From: Lama glama | Lineage: Eukaryota | Assembly (NCBI GenBank): GCA_028534125.1 | Contig: CM052839.1 | Coordinates: 45,198,001-45,262,000 of the forward strand | Direction: 5' to 3' | DNA: 64,000 nt | Part shown: piece by piece, positions 1 through 11,600 of the stretch | How positions within the stretch are numbered: the first letter of the stretch is position 1 | Layout: the number at the start of each line of letters is the position of its first letter | Program-made: the position numbers and the translations under genes | The notes under the pieces: generated by a model | Databases searched by the model: none | Seen by the model: the letters and a program-made list of their open reading frames with translations, nothing else | Told to the model about the DNA's origin: nothing

Positions 1-2519
1 TCTTGGCCTGAATTGCCAGTATCTGCCCCGTGAAGTGGTGGCTTCTATCCGTGAGGAGCTGGTGTCCTGGAAGAGGAGTCAGGAGGACCGCTGTTCCTCA
101 GCAGCAGGGCATGCGTGTGTCCCGGCCGGGGTGCTGGGTGTGAGGGCCCCCAGTGCCCATGGCCCCCCTCAGGCCAGCCATCTCTTGGGGGCCGCCAGGG
201 TGGCTCTCCTGCCCACACTCCGGTTACCCCGCCTGAGACCTGGGCCACTGTCGGGCCTTGTTTGAATAAATGGAAATCTTAAAAGTAAGCCACCGCTCCT
301 TGCCCTGGCACAGGAGGCCGCCAGGCATCTAATGAGGCCAGCGCCCTGCGCCTGCATGTCCAGCGCTGGCTTCCCTCCCCTCCAGGGAGCACGGGCGTTG
401 ATGTGAAAGACGGTGCCGCAGCCTGAAAACCCAGAAACCGTCTGCAGGACGACGGGGACACCGGGCGGCTCGGGGAGGAGCTGTGCTCAGCAGCCGGCTT
501 GGGGCGGCCAGACCCCGGGGGCCCACGTCCTGGTTTGCGCCGCTGTCCTGGGACGACCGCTCACAGAGGCGCCCCTCCCTCCTCGAAGTCCCTGTTCAGG
601 TGGCAACTAGGCCTTCTAAGCGCCTCAGCCCGTCCCGCCCGGGCGTGGGGTCTGCACATGCCTGGCTCACCCTGAGTCCCCAGCTCCCAGGCCTGGCTGG
701 CCTTGGAGCAGCCCCAAGGGGGAGTGGGAGGTGGGGACACCACGAGGGGCCTGGGTGGGGCTTCCTCTGAGGGTTAAACCCTGAACTCCTTCCAGAACCT
801 CGCAGAGACTTCTCATGAGCCTTCCCTTAGGGGGCTCCTGGGACCCCAGCCGAGCCCGTGTGTGGGGTTGGGCTAAGGCAGGTATCCCTGTCCGGGGCTG
901 GTTGGAGCCTGTAAGGCCACGTCCATGTCCGAACGTCCCCTGGAGGGGGGCAAAGCGAGCAAAGCGAGCGTGGGGCCCTTGGGGGCTTCACCCCAGCACT
1001 GGGCATTGCTTGTTTCGGCGACAGGGGAAGGAGTGTTCATCAGTGTCCCTTCTCTGAGCAAGCCCTGTCCCTTCCAGGCCCTTCTGTCCAGGAGTGTTTC
1101 CGCCCCCAGGCCTCCTGTCCTCACAGGCACCCCAGGGGTCTGAGCCAGCTCCTGGGTGGCATCTGAGGGCTCCCCCCACAGCGTGGCCTCGCCCACCATG
1201 CCCTCCACAGGCCCCCAGCAGCACCCCCGATCTGCAGGCGCACCCCCACTTCCCAGAGGAGCTGTGGTTCAGGAGGTTGTGCGGCAGCGGGGGCAGGAGG
1301 CACTGGCATGTTTAGTAACCGGGAGAAGAGCTCCCGGAGCCTCCAGGCTGCCGCGGCGGGCGCAGGGAGAGGGGTGAGGAGCAGGCCCGGCCCAGAGCCC
1401 GCTGGACACCCCCTGCCCTGGAGACCTCTCCCCTCAGACATTTCTCAGGCACTCGGGCCCCATGGTCATAGCCGTGACCCTGCCGCTCCCTCGGGTGGGT
1501 AGTGGGCTGGCCACATTGAGGCCGTTTAAGCTGTTCTCCCAGGGCGCGGAGGTGGGATTCAGTGTGGGAGGCGAGGTGGTCTGCAGAGCAGAGGGAGCAG
1601 GGTCCCAGTTCTGGTGACAGCACACAGCGCAGGGCAGGCCGTGCCAGGGTGTTGTGCTCAGGCTGGCAGAGCCAGTGCGCTGGTGACAGCCTAGGGGCCG
1701 AGCCCACAGCCGGCAGGCAGGCTAGTCCTCACCCCCCAGCTGAGCGCTGCTGCCCACCCACACGGTGTCAGAGCTGCAGGGAGGCCGCACCCTCGCGGCC
1801 CGGGCCTGCCCCTGCCGGAGGACGGGGCTCGATTCTGGAAAAGTTGCTCCCAGACAGAGACCCCAGGGCTGGGGTGTCTGCGCACCTCGTGGACAGTGGG
1901 TGCAGAGGGGAGGGGAGACAGGAGGGAGCTGGAAGGGCCCTGTGCCCACTGGAGCCCCCGGGGCTCGATGGGCGTGCACACAGACGCTGAGGGGGCTCTT
2001 TGGGCCCTGACGGTGCGTGTCGGGGCTCCTGCCTCCCATGACAGCTGCCCAGGACTTTACCAAAACTTTCCAGCCTGCAGAACGTTCCACTGTGGCCCAG
2101 CGTCAGGCAGTGTCTTCTGCGTCTGCATCCTCTGCCCACCCCTGTGGGATCTGGGTGTGAATTAGTCATCTCAACACACCACGCAGGCTGAGCATTCCTG
2201 ATGCACCAACCATTGGGGTGGCTTTCGGTGGTTGGAATTAGGATCCACTGGAAGTGCTATGCCGCCCCCAGGCCTCACTGAGCTATCCGCCAGTGTGGTC
2301 TCTACATGTGCAGCCGCCAGGGCTCAGAGGGGCCAGGGAGCCAGGGGGCAGTGACACAGCAGGGCACACTTGTGGCCGGAGTGAGTCACGTGGCCAAGCC
2401 CCCCACCAGTGGGCCGGCTGGGAGGTGGCACGCTCCACTTGTGTGGGGCTGCCCAGAACTGGAGGTGGGTGGATGCTGTCCTGCCGAGGGCTCACCTGCC
2501 TGCCCTCCCTCCCCCTCAG

Positions 2520-2672
2520 TACATCGATGCGATCGGCAACAAACAGGGCGAGCTGGAGAGCTACGTGTCGGACGGCTACAAGACTGCCCTCACCGAGGAG
2601 AGGAGGAGGTTCTGCTTCCTGGTGGAGAAGCAGTGCGCCGTGGCCAAGAACTCCGCCGCCTACCACTCCAAG
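2520..2672 (+). CDS. BAIAP2: BAIAP2 exon, C-terminal part of IMD/I-BAR domain
   Basis: cctcag|TACATC...TCCAAG|gtgagg; YIDAIGNKQGELESYVSDGYKTALTEERRRFCFLVEKQCAVAKNSAAYHSK (153 nt). Confidence 0.97.
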
Positions 2673-5600
2673 GTGAGGTGCTCACTCTGTGTGGGGCCAG
2701 GCATGCCTCTGCAGACACAGGCTGCTTCCCCCAGGGAACTCGGGGTGCCCAGCCTTGAGGTGTGATGAAAGCACCATGCCCAATGCCCCATGTGTTTCGT
2801 CCCGACCCCAGGGAGAGTTGGGCAAGGAAGAGTTACCAGGTCAAGGGTACAGATGTTTTAATATTAGAAATTGCTTTGGGGTCTTTGTGAGAGCAGTTAC
2901 CCTGATAGCCCACTACGAGGGCTTCCCCCAGGCACCCCTCCCCGCCAGAGCCAGCGAGCCCCAGAGGACACTGGCTCCCCTGCAGGGATAGGCAGCTTCA
3001 GTGGACCTTCTGTTCCCCATAGTCCACAGGCAGATCTGGGGTCGGGTCAGCCCTGTGCGCTGGGACATACCAGAACGTTCTGAGAGAATAGATGTGGTCA
3101 GGCAGCTGAGCCAACCAGGGAGGCCCTGGTTTGGGTCCTTTTTCCATAAGGGGTTCTGCGGGTCGGCAGGGTTCGTGTGCCTCACATGTGTGCTTGATCT
3201 GGCTCAGCTTGTGGTTGCCTTGGCTTGGCCACCAAGGAGCCAGGCCCTCCCTCCGTGGAGAGGCCCCTGCTGCTGGTGCTGGCCTGAGGGCCCTCACCAC
3301 AGGTGTTAGGCAAGGACAGCAACTGGACCTGTGTCCCTGCAGGTCGTGGTGGGGCCACCCTGCTAAGTGGCTTTGCGTCCGGGGCCTGTGCTAGGAGGGC
3401 TCGCTGGCAGCAGGACGTGAGAGGGGCCCCGTCGCTACCTGCACCGCCGGGCGGGCACCTGCTGCCAGCCGCAGTGTTCCAGCAGCAGTGGCCGCACTGC
3501 CACGCAGCCCCAGGCAGGGCTGCAGCAGGGCATGTGCGCCCTCTGGTGGCGGCTGGGCCTGCGGCTGGTCAGGGAGCGCGCGGGCTCGTCCATGCGGTTG
3601 GAGGACAGAAAAGCCGTCCTGCCCCAGGACGCCACCGCCCGCTTTCTTGGGGAGCTGACAGCGCGTGAGCGAGACTCGATAGGCAACTTCCCAGGGAGCT
3701 GGACCCCAGCCCCCTAGGGGGTTAGAAAGAGGCAGGAGCCCCAGGCTAGGGCGCCAGGGCTTGAGGGCAGGACCCCCATCCCCAGCAGCTGGCCACCGGC
3801 ATTTCCCTGGGGCGCAGCTCCAGGCCCTGCAGCGCCGTGGCCGTCAGCACCTGGTAGAGCCCTGGGCTGCACCCTCACCCTGGGTTGCCCTGGTTGGGGC
3901 TGGGTCCCTGCTGACCCGCTTTCTCCTCAGCCGTTTACCTCCACCAGAGACCAGATGGTAAATGTTTTCTGTTTTGGCCACTGCACACGGAAGCTGCCAC
4001 AGATGTGTAAACCACGTAGGTGTGGCCGTGGTCCTCAAACCTTATTTACGGGTGGGCAGCCAGCCCTCAGGCCGTAGTTTGCTGGCCCCTGGTCTAAACA
4101 AGCAGGTGGTGGAAAGGGCCATGGTCTGCTCAGGGCTGTTTGTCCAGCATCGTCCAGTCTTCCCATGTGGGTGCCCCTTCCTGCCCCAGACACAGGTCAG
4201 AAGAAGTAGGAAGCAAAGGGAGAGAAGCAGTGAGGGCTGGACAGCCTTTTCCAAGGTCTTGGAGACCGTGATTGTTCCAGGCTGGGGGTAGCTCCGTCCA
4301 GCGGGCCTGGGGTCTGCAGTGGGACATGGGTTGTATCACCTGCTGCAGGTATGGTAGCCCAGTTGGGCCAGCAGGCCTGGATCTCCCCATGCTCGAAAGG
4401 GCTGCAGGGGATCTCTGGCTGGTGTCTCACTTCTGGCTGTACCCTACCCCCGGCCCCTCTCGAGGCCGTGGTTTCCTTGTCTTCTGTCAGCCCTTGTGCT
4501 TATCTGGCCGCCTGTGTCCTGGGCAGGCCCTGGTGGGCTCTCGGGCCCGAGTCGGGGCCTGACCCTCAGACCTGCGAGGATGGTGTTCTTCCCAGCATCT
4601 CGCGGTTTGTCCACAAAGGCTGCCTGCCCCATGGCTGACCACGTGGTCACCTGTGCATGTCAACATCCTTGGGCTCTTGAGGAGGCCCCCGCCCAGGGCA
4701 GGCCTTGGTTTGATCGCATTCCTGGGGAACCCTTGACTGCACGGCTCACTGCCCTGCATCCCCTTTCCAGGGTTGGGGCTCCAGGCCCCACAGGTGGCTG
4801 AGCCGGCTGTGGGGTGCCCCGCTTGGTGAAGAGCAGCCCGGGCAACGCCCCCTCCCGGGTAGGCGTGTCTCTTTAGAAGCCTCCGGTGCTGCCGAGGGGG
4901 AGGGCGTATCCGTGACTGAGGTCGGCTGCAGGCCCTGTGCGTAGGCCCTCCCAGCCCTGCCCGGCTGCAGGAGCAACGGCCGGCCCTCGCTCCCACCCAC
5001 CGTGTTTATCTCCACTTCAGGGCAAGGAGCTGCTGGCGCAGAAGCTGCCCCTGTGGCAGCAGGCCTGCGCGGATCCCAACAAGATCCCGGACCGCGCCGT
5101 GCAGCTGATGCAACAGGTGGCCAGCAGCAACGGCTCCATCCTGCCCAGCGCCCTGTCGGCCTCCAAGTCCAACCTGGTCATCTCGGACCCTATTCCGGGG
5201 GCCAAGCCCCTGCCAGTGCCCCCCGAGCTGGCCCCGTTTGTGGGGGTAAGTCGTTGCTCTGGAAAGCTTTCCAGGCGTGGCGGGTTGGGGCTCTCCACGT
5301 GGCCTCGCCAGGCCAGGCTCTCCTGCCACACCGCGCCTCTGCTGCCTCTTCTCAACAGCGGCTGTCAGCCCAGGACAACGCGCCTGTCATGAACGGCGTC
5401 TCGGGCCCGGACAGCGAGGACTACAACCCTTGGGCTGACCGCAAGGCGGCTCAGCCCAAGAGCACGCCCCCTCTGCAGTCGCAGGGCAAGCTGAGCGACT
5501 CCTACTCCAACACGCTGCCCGTGCGCAAGAGCGTGGCGCCCAAGAGCAGCTATGCCGCCAGTAAGAGCTCCCGGCCCCGTCCTGCCCCCCGCCCGCAGAA

Positions 5601-8600
5601 GGGACGCCGCCCTGAAAGCAGGCCGAGGGCTGGGGTGAGGGGCTCGGGGGCTTAGGGGTACGCGACCTGGGGCCTCGGTGAAGTCTCTGCCCTGGACCCT
5701 GGATTTGGGCGGGCCTCCTCGTTAAGTGAGCGTGGCAGGGCGGGGCCAGGACCCTGCAGCGCAGCCCATGACAGGAGCAGGGGTGATGCTGGGGAGGGCT
5801 TTCCGGACCAAGGGACAGGGGACCGCTCCCTGCCTGCCTCCAGCCCGGCTCCCACTCCCTCCTGCAGCCACGCAGGGGCCTTGGCCGTAAGGGGCTCCGG
5901 ATCCGCAGATGAGAAAGGTGGGGCTTGGGCCCTGGGAAGTACTCCCGCTAGCAGGTGGCAGGTCTGGGGCTGGGTCCACACACGTCCCAGCGGTCTGAGT
6001 CCAAAGGGCCCCGGAGGTCTGGTGAGTGTCCAGGGGCCTCCTGCTGCCCCACCGCTGCGCAGCTGAGCTGACGCAGGCCGACCGCGTCGTCTCCCCGCTT
6101 GGGGCGAGGCCCCTCACACCTGCCTTGTTGTCCCGGCAGCGGAGAACAAGACCCTGCCCCGCTCCAGCTCTATGGCAGCCGGCCTGGAGCGCAATGGCCG
6201 CATGCGGGTGAAGGCCATCTTCTCCCACGCGGCCGGTGACAACAGCACACTGCTGAGCTTCAAGGAGGGCGACCTCATCACCCTGCTGGTGCCCGAGGCC
6301 CGAGATGGCTGGCACTACGGCGAGAGCGAGAAGACAAAGATGTGAGTCCCCGGGGTGGGGGGAGCAGCCCTGCTGGTCCCTGGGCATCCAGGCCCCACGC
6401 CTCCCGCAGGCTGCTCATCCAGCCCGAGCAGACGCAGCCGCGGGCCCCCGCCGTCCCCTGACTTGCCAGGCGTCCCGCGTGTGACCTCGTCTCCCGCCTC
6501 CCCTGCTGCCGCGTGAGGCCTCCAGTCGGCAGATGCCAGCCTTCCCCACATGCCCTGTGCACGTGTGACCAGCTTTGGAGTTGGGTTCTAGAAGGGACAT
6601 GGGTCAAAGGGGGCCGCGCTTTCATGGCTTCACGTCATACTCGTTGTCTAGAGGCTGTGCCACTGTCTGGCTCTCGCTCCGCTCAGGGGCTGCCCCATCA
6701 GGAGCTGCCCCTCCCCCCAACCATTGCCCACGCCTGTTGTTGGGGTGAGAGACCCCTGCTGCGGGCAGGATCTGCTGGGGGCAGGATCTGCCCGGGTGCG
6801 TGCCTCCCTACGTAGCCTGGGAGGGAGATGCTGGACGGGGCTTCGCTCTGACCTCCTGGCAGCCGCCACCCTAAGGGGGGTTCTGAGGGGCAGGGGCACT
6901 GGGGGACACCCCCTTTCCCAGACACCACACCTGCCTCTCTCTGAACGGTGTCTTGTGGTGGTGGTGTGGCTCTGTGTGCCCTCCTGGGGCTGAGGCCCCG
7001 CCCAGCTGGGCCACCTGGCAGGAGACCAGCCCTATGTGTTAAAAGAAGCAGGCACCCTGCCTGGGGTCCTGGCATCTTCCCCACACCTAGTCTCGCTCCT
7101 GTCCAGGGCACAGAGCTTAGAGCTGGATGAACACCCCCGGTGGGAGCTGGGGTCTCTTGGTCTCCCTGGAGCATTTACACATGTCTCCTCCACAGATGGG
7201 AGCGGCCAGGCCAGGGGACCCGTGGGACTTGGGGTCAGGTAGCAGACTAGGGCAAAGGGGCTGGTGCACTCTGACCAGGGTCTCCTCTTCCAGGCGGGGC
7301 TGGTTCCCCTTCTCCTACACCCGGGTTCTGGACAGCGACGGGGGCGACAGGTTGCACATGAGGTGAGCGTGCCGGGGGCAGGTGCCCTGAGCGCTGCTCG
7401 CCTGAGGCTTTAGATGCAGGGGTGTGGGTGTGCTGTGTTGGGAGTGCTCATCATGACTGTGGGATGGCTCCTGTTCAGTGGCCCATTGTGGGGAGGCTGT
7501 CCTTGCCCCACGCTAGGCCTGGGGCACACCCTCGCAGCCCTCCCCTGTGGGCAGCGTGCACGGTGAGGGCCCAGCCACTCCCCCATGAGCCCCCAGGTCC
7601 TTCTGGCCCTCAGGGCGAGTGACTACCAGGACCACCGAGGGGTTGAGTGGCTGCCATTTCGAGGAGGGGGTCCAGTCAGGGCTGCACCCCAGGTCACTGA
7701 GAGCAGCCTCCTGTCCTGCCCTCTCTGAGGGGCCCAGTGAGGCTGAGGGCGGCTGGGCTGGGACTGGACTGACCCCCGGTGCCCCGTCCCCGCAGCCTGC
7801 AGCAGGGGAAGAGCAGCAGCACCGGGAACCTCCTGGACAAGGAGGACCTGGCCATCCCGCCCCCCGACTACGGCACGTCCTCCCGTGCCTTCCCTGCCCA
7901 GACGGCCGGCGCCTTCAAGCAGAGGCCGTACAGCGTGGCTGTGCCCGCCTTTGCCCAGGTGAGCGTGGGGGCCCGAGCAGGCTGTGGGTGGCTGGGCTCG
8001 GCCACAGCCCCGCGTTGGCGCCTCCCCTGGTAGCCTGGGTGCTTGGGGTTTGGGCCTGGCATCTGCACCCCTGCTGGGCCATTTTAGGGGTCACAGCAAG
8101 GTGTCGTTTGCAGTCTCTGGGCTCAAGAAAAGGCCCAGGTCCCTCTGCCTGCCCTTCTCCTCAGTTGGGGCATCTGGACGCTGTCTTAGGAGGGCATGAT
8201 GTCCAGGGGGCCCTTCCCTGAGAGCCATGGAGCTCCTGCAGTCATGGGTCCGAGTGCAGACACAGGTGCCTGCCACTCGGGGCCTGATGTGGAACTGGAA
8301 CCTCCTAGTTAGTGTGGTTCTGGGCCCCTCGGGAGGCAGGGCCTGACACACACGGTCAGGCCACTGGTACCAGGGAGCCAGAGTCAAAAGATCGAGGCCT
8401 GTGTCCTTGGGTGTGGGTCCCCCGGCGTGTGTGTCAGTCTTGAGGCCACCGTGGGGCTGGGCTGTGAGTGTGGACAGTGCCGCACGGCTCTGCCCAGGAA
8501 GCTCGGAGTTGGAGGGGCTGAGACCTCCAGGACGCTCATCTGCTGTGGCTGCGTGGGAGGCAGGGGCCAGCCTCCAGGGCTGGGCCTCAGGTTGGGGTCG

Positions 8601-11600
8601 AGAGCCCCCCAGGCAGCAGGGAGGAGGAGAAAACGTTTCTCTAGAATTTGGGGCAGTCGCGGTTGACCACCAGGGAGGTGACCTGACAGCTGAGGTCCCC
8701 CACGCTGACGGCGTGACGTGGTGCCAGAGGTGGACGAGGCAGAGAAGGCTCTGCGTGCAGGGTGGGGGACCCCGCATGGTGGTTGTCCTGAGCGGCCACC
8801 CCGCCGGCCCCCTCGCAGAGGGGCTTCCTGGCACAAGCTGTGTGAGGTCCTGGGTTGGCCAGGGCTGTCTTCGGGAGTTTGCAGTTTAAGAGCGAACACG
8901 TGGTTTGAGACAACTAAGTGGGCAAGACTAGGGTGGTGGGACTGGGCGCTCGGAGCCTTCCAGAGAAGGTGAGGCTGGAGCTGGTGGTCGGCGCTAGCGG
9001 CCGGGAGAGGCTGGCCAGCCTCGGGGGAGGTGTAGTGCCTTGGGGTCAGGGACAGGCTGCTGAGCAGCGACACGTGGGCGCCTCTGGGGCCTTGTGCACA
9101 GCTGGCCAGGCCTGGAGGGGTCTGACCACTGCGTACTACTCGCTTCCTGGTCTCTGGATTTGGTTTTGTTGCAGAGAGGGCCACGGAGGGTGCTCCCAAC
9201 ACCGCTGACGGCCCCGCACCCTCCTTCCCCAGGGGCTAGGAAGCTGCAGCTGCGCTGAAGGCTCAGGGGCCGGCACAGGCTGGCCTGGGGGGCCTGCAGG
9301 TGACCGTCCATCGCAGCTGCCCTCCCACACCAGCCTGTCAGCTTGGCTTCCCTGCCCAGCCCCCCATTACTTGCCCATCCCCCCAGTGTCACTGGGTTCC
9401 CCAGGCAGCCCTCACCTGCCCAGGTGCTCCTGCCATGTGACTGGCAGGGTGTGCAGTCCGTGGGGGTCGTGTGTGGAGAGGGGTTGTCAGGTGGTCTGTC
9501 CTGAGCGAGCCCATGAGTGTGAGCTCACACTGCCCACAGCTGAACACAGGCCAGGCAAGGAGACCCCCTGTGAACTTGGGAGGTCACTGTCGTGGTCCTC
9601 ATGCCCTTGGCTGCAGACAACACTACACTCCCTGTGGTCAGGAGGGGCACCTGGCCCACCCAGCCCTTGTCCTGCGGGCCCTGCCTCACCCCCTGGACCC
9701 CAAGCTGACCTGTTTCTGCTTCACCACCCCCCACAGGGCCTGGATGACTACGGGGCCCGGGCTGTGAGCAGGTAAGGGGGTTTCAGATGCGTCCGTGGAG
9801 GCTGTGGGCGGTGGGGAGCTGCTCCACTGGGGGCCGCCGTGGAGCACTGCCCCCTCTGGTCTGCGCGGCAGGGGCCTGTCTGGAGACCGCGGTGTCTCCA
9901 AGGCAGAGTGAGCAGGCCTGGGGTGCCTGCTCCCTGCCCCTCACCCTGCTGTGCCGCCCACTATCTGTGGGGTGGGATCTTCAGGGCAGGGTGCCCTGTC
10001 CTGTGGCCGCAGTCCGGAGATCGCCGAGTGGGAAACGGCCCCTCCCAGAGCTGCCTCTGTGCTCCCCCGGGGGTGGGTTGGAGCCCACCTGGCCCTGTGC
10101 CTGAGCCGGAGCAGGGGCCCCCTGCCCCCACCACGGGGCTCCAGCTCTTTCCCAGTGCAGCCCAGCAGGAGCCCCTTCACCCCGTGGCCCTGCTCGTCCT
10201 TCCCGGCATCGACCCGCCTTGTCCACTATCAGCCAGGAGGGGGCTCGCCTCCCCCCCAGCTCATCCCCCGAAAACCAGCCCACACCGGCAGCTCGGTGCC
10301 ACTGCCTCCTGGGGCCCCGACCTGGGCCCGGCCCTTGTCCTGGCTCCGGGGGTCTCTTGCCCCTGCCCCCAGGGCCGGTGGCCAGCCGACCCTGAGCAGC
10401 CGAGGGCCGCGGCGGGGCGGCGCGCACCCAGCAGCCGTCCTGTGCTTTGTTCCGCAGCGGCAGCGGCACACTGGTGTCCACAGTGTGAGGACGCTGACGC
10501 CGGCAGCTGCTGCCCAGAAGCGCTCCCGCCCCCGCGCCCCGTCTGCCTGGCCTCACCGGTTTACACCTTGGCGCCGCTGGTTTCTCCTGGGTGGTGTTTC
10601 TCTCCCACCGGCCCCGCTCCCTGCCTTTTGGTTGGTGCCCCCAGACTCTGTGATCCCCCAGGGTCCATGGTGCTGCCCCACCTCTGCACCCCGTGTTTAC
10701 ACGCCCCTCCCGTGTGTCCCACCAGGTGGGACCTGCCGCCGGGTGGTGCGGGTGGGGCGTCCTCGCCGCTGCTCCCCGCCTGCCGTGTTCATGACGCGCT
10801 GTCCCTTTTCAAAGGCTCAGCAAGAGCCAGGTCTAAAGTTTGAAAAAAAAAATCATAAAAAAAAAAAAACAGGAAGAGAACTTTTTTCCTGAAAAAAAAA
10901 CAGATCTGCATGGACTCCGGTGTACGTACTGTTATCTCTGCATCTGACCCCCCAGCACACGCTGGCACCTTTGGGAAGGGCGGAGTGCGGGGGGCACCCT
11001 TTTAGGGCCACGCCCAGAGAGGGGCTCGGCTGAGCCCGGGAGGCCTCCTGAGGAAGCTGGCCGCTCCTGTGAGGGAGGCCGCAGCCCCGGCCTGGCCCTG
11101 CCCGCCGCCCAGGCCGGGCTCCGGAGGGCGTGCTGCCCCGACGCCGTCTGACAGTGTACAGACAGAGAGCGGCGCCAGCCTTGGGGCACAGTGACCACAC
11201 GGTGCACTGGCAGGGAGGGGGCTGGCCGCACTCGGACATCCCAAGGACCTCCAGAGACCAGCCCCAAGCCTACAAGTTCTGGAAATGTTTCTTTAACCAG
11301 CCTGTGATGGAGTCTCAGCTGCACGGGGCAGGGGCGCGAGGCTGGCCCAGTGGCGCAGGTGGTCCCTGCCCCCTCCATCGGCGCGCTCGTGTCCCCCGTG
11401 TCTCGGCGGCTTCGGAGCAGCCCACGGCCTTGCGTCTCCACACCCTGACCCTGGGAAGGGAGCGAGGGCGCGGCCCCGCGAAGCTTCAGATGCTCTTTCT
11501 GGCATGACTTCGCAAAAGCCTCCCGCCCCTCCCGTGGGCTCGGACGCGGCTGGTAGCATTTGTGAGGAGAGCAGCTCCAGGCAGAGCCCGTTTTATAACC

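Noticed and set aside
265-270. AATAAA in a BAIAP2 intron
   Set aside because: Isolated hexamer with no associated terminal exon visible in the window.
3532-3717. CpG-richer intronic stretch with a short ORF (MRLEDRKAVLPQDATARF...)
   Set aside because: No convincing splice-site pair or protein resemblance; cannot be supported as an exon.
9839-10892. Long overlapping ORFs (334 aa and 313 aa) near the BAIAP2 3' end, and similar 200-465 aa ORFs elsewhere (15164, 26971, 52229, 53539, 62613)
   Set aside because: Pro/Gly/Arg/Ala-rich chance frames expected at this GC content; no recognisable domain, and several are antisense or off-frame shadows of real exons.
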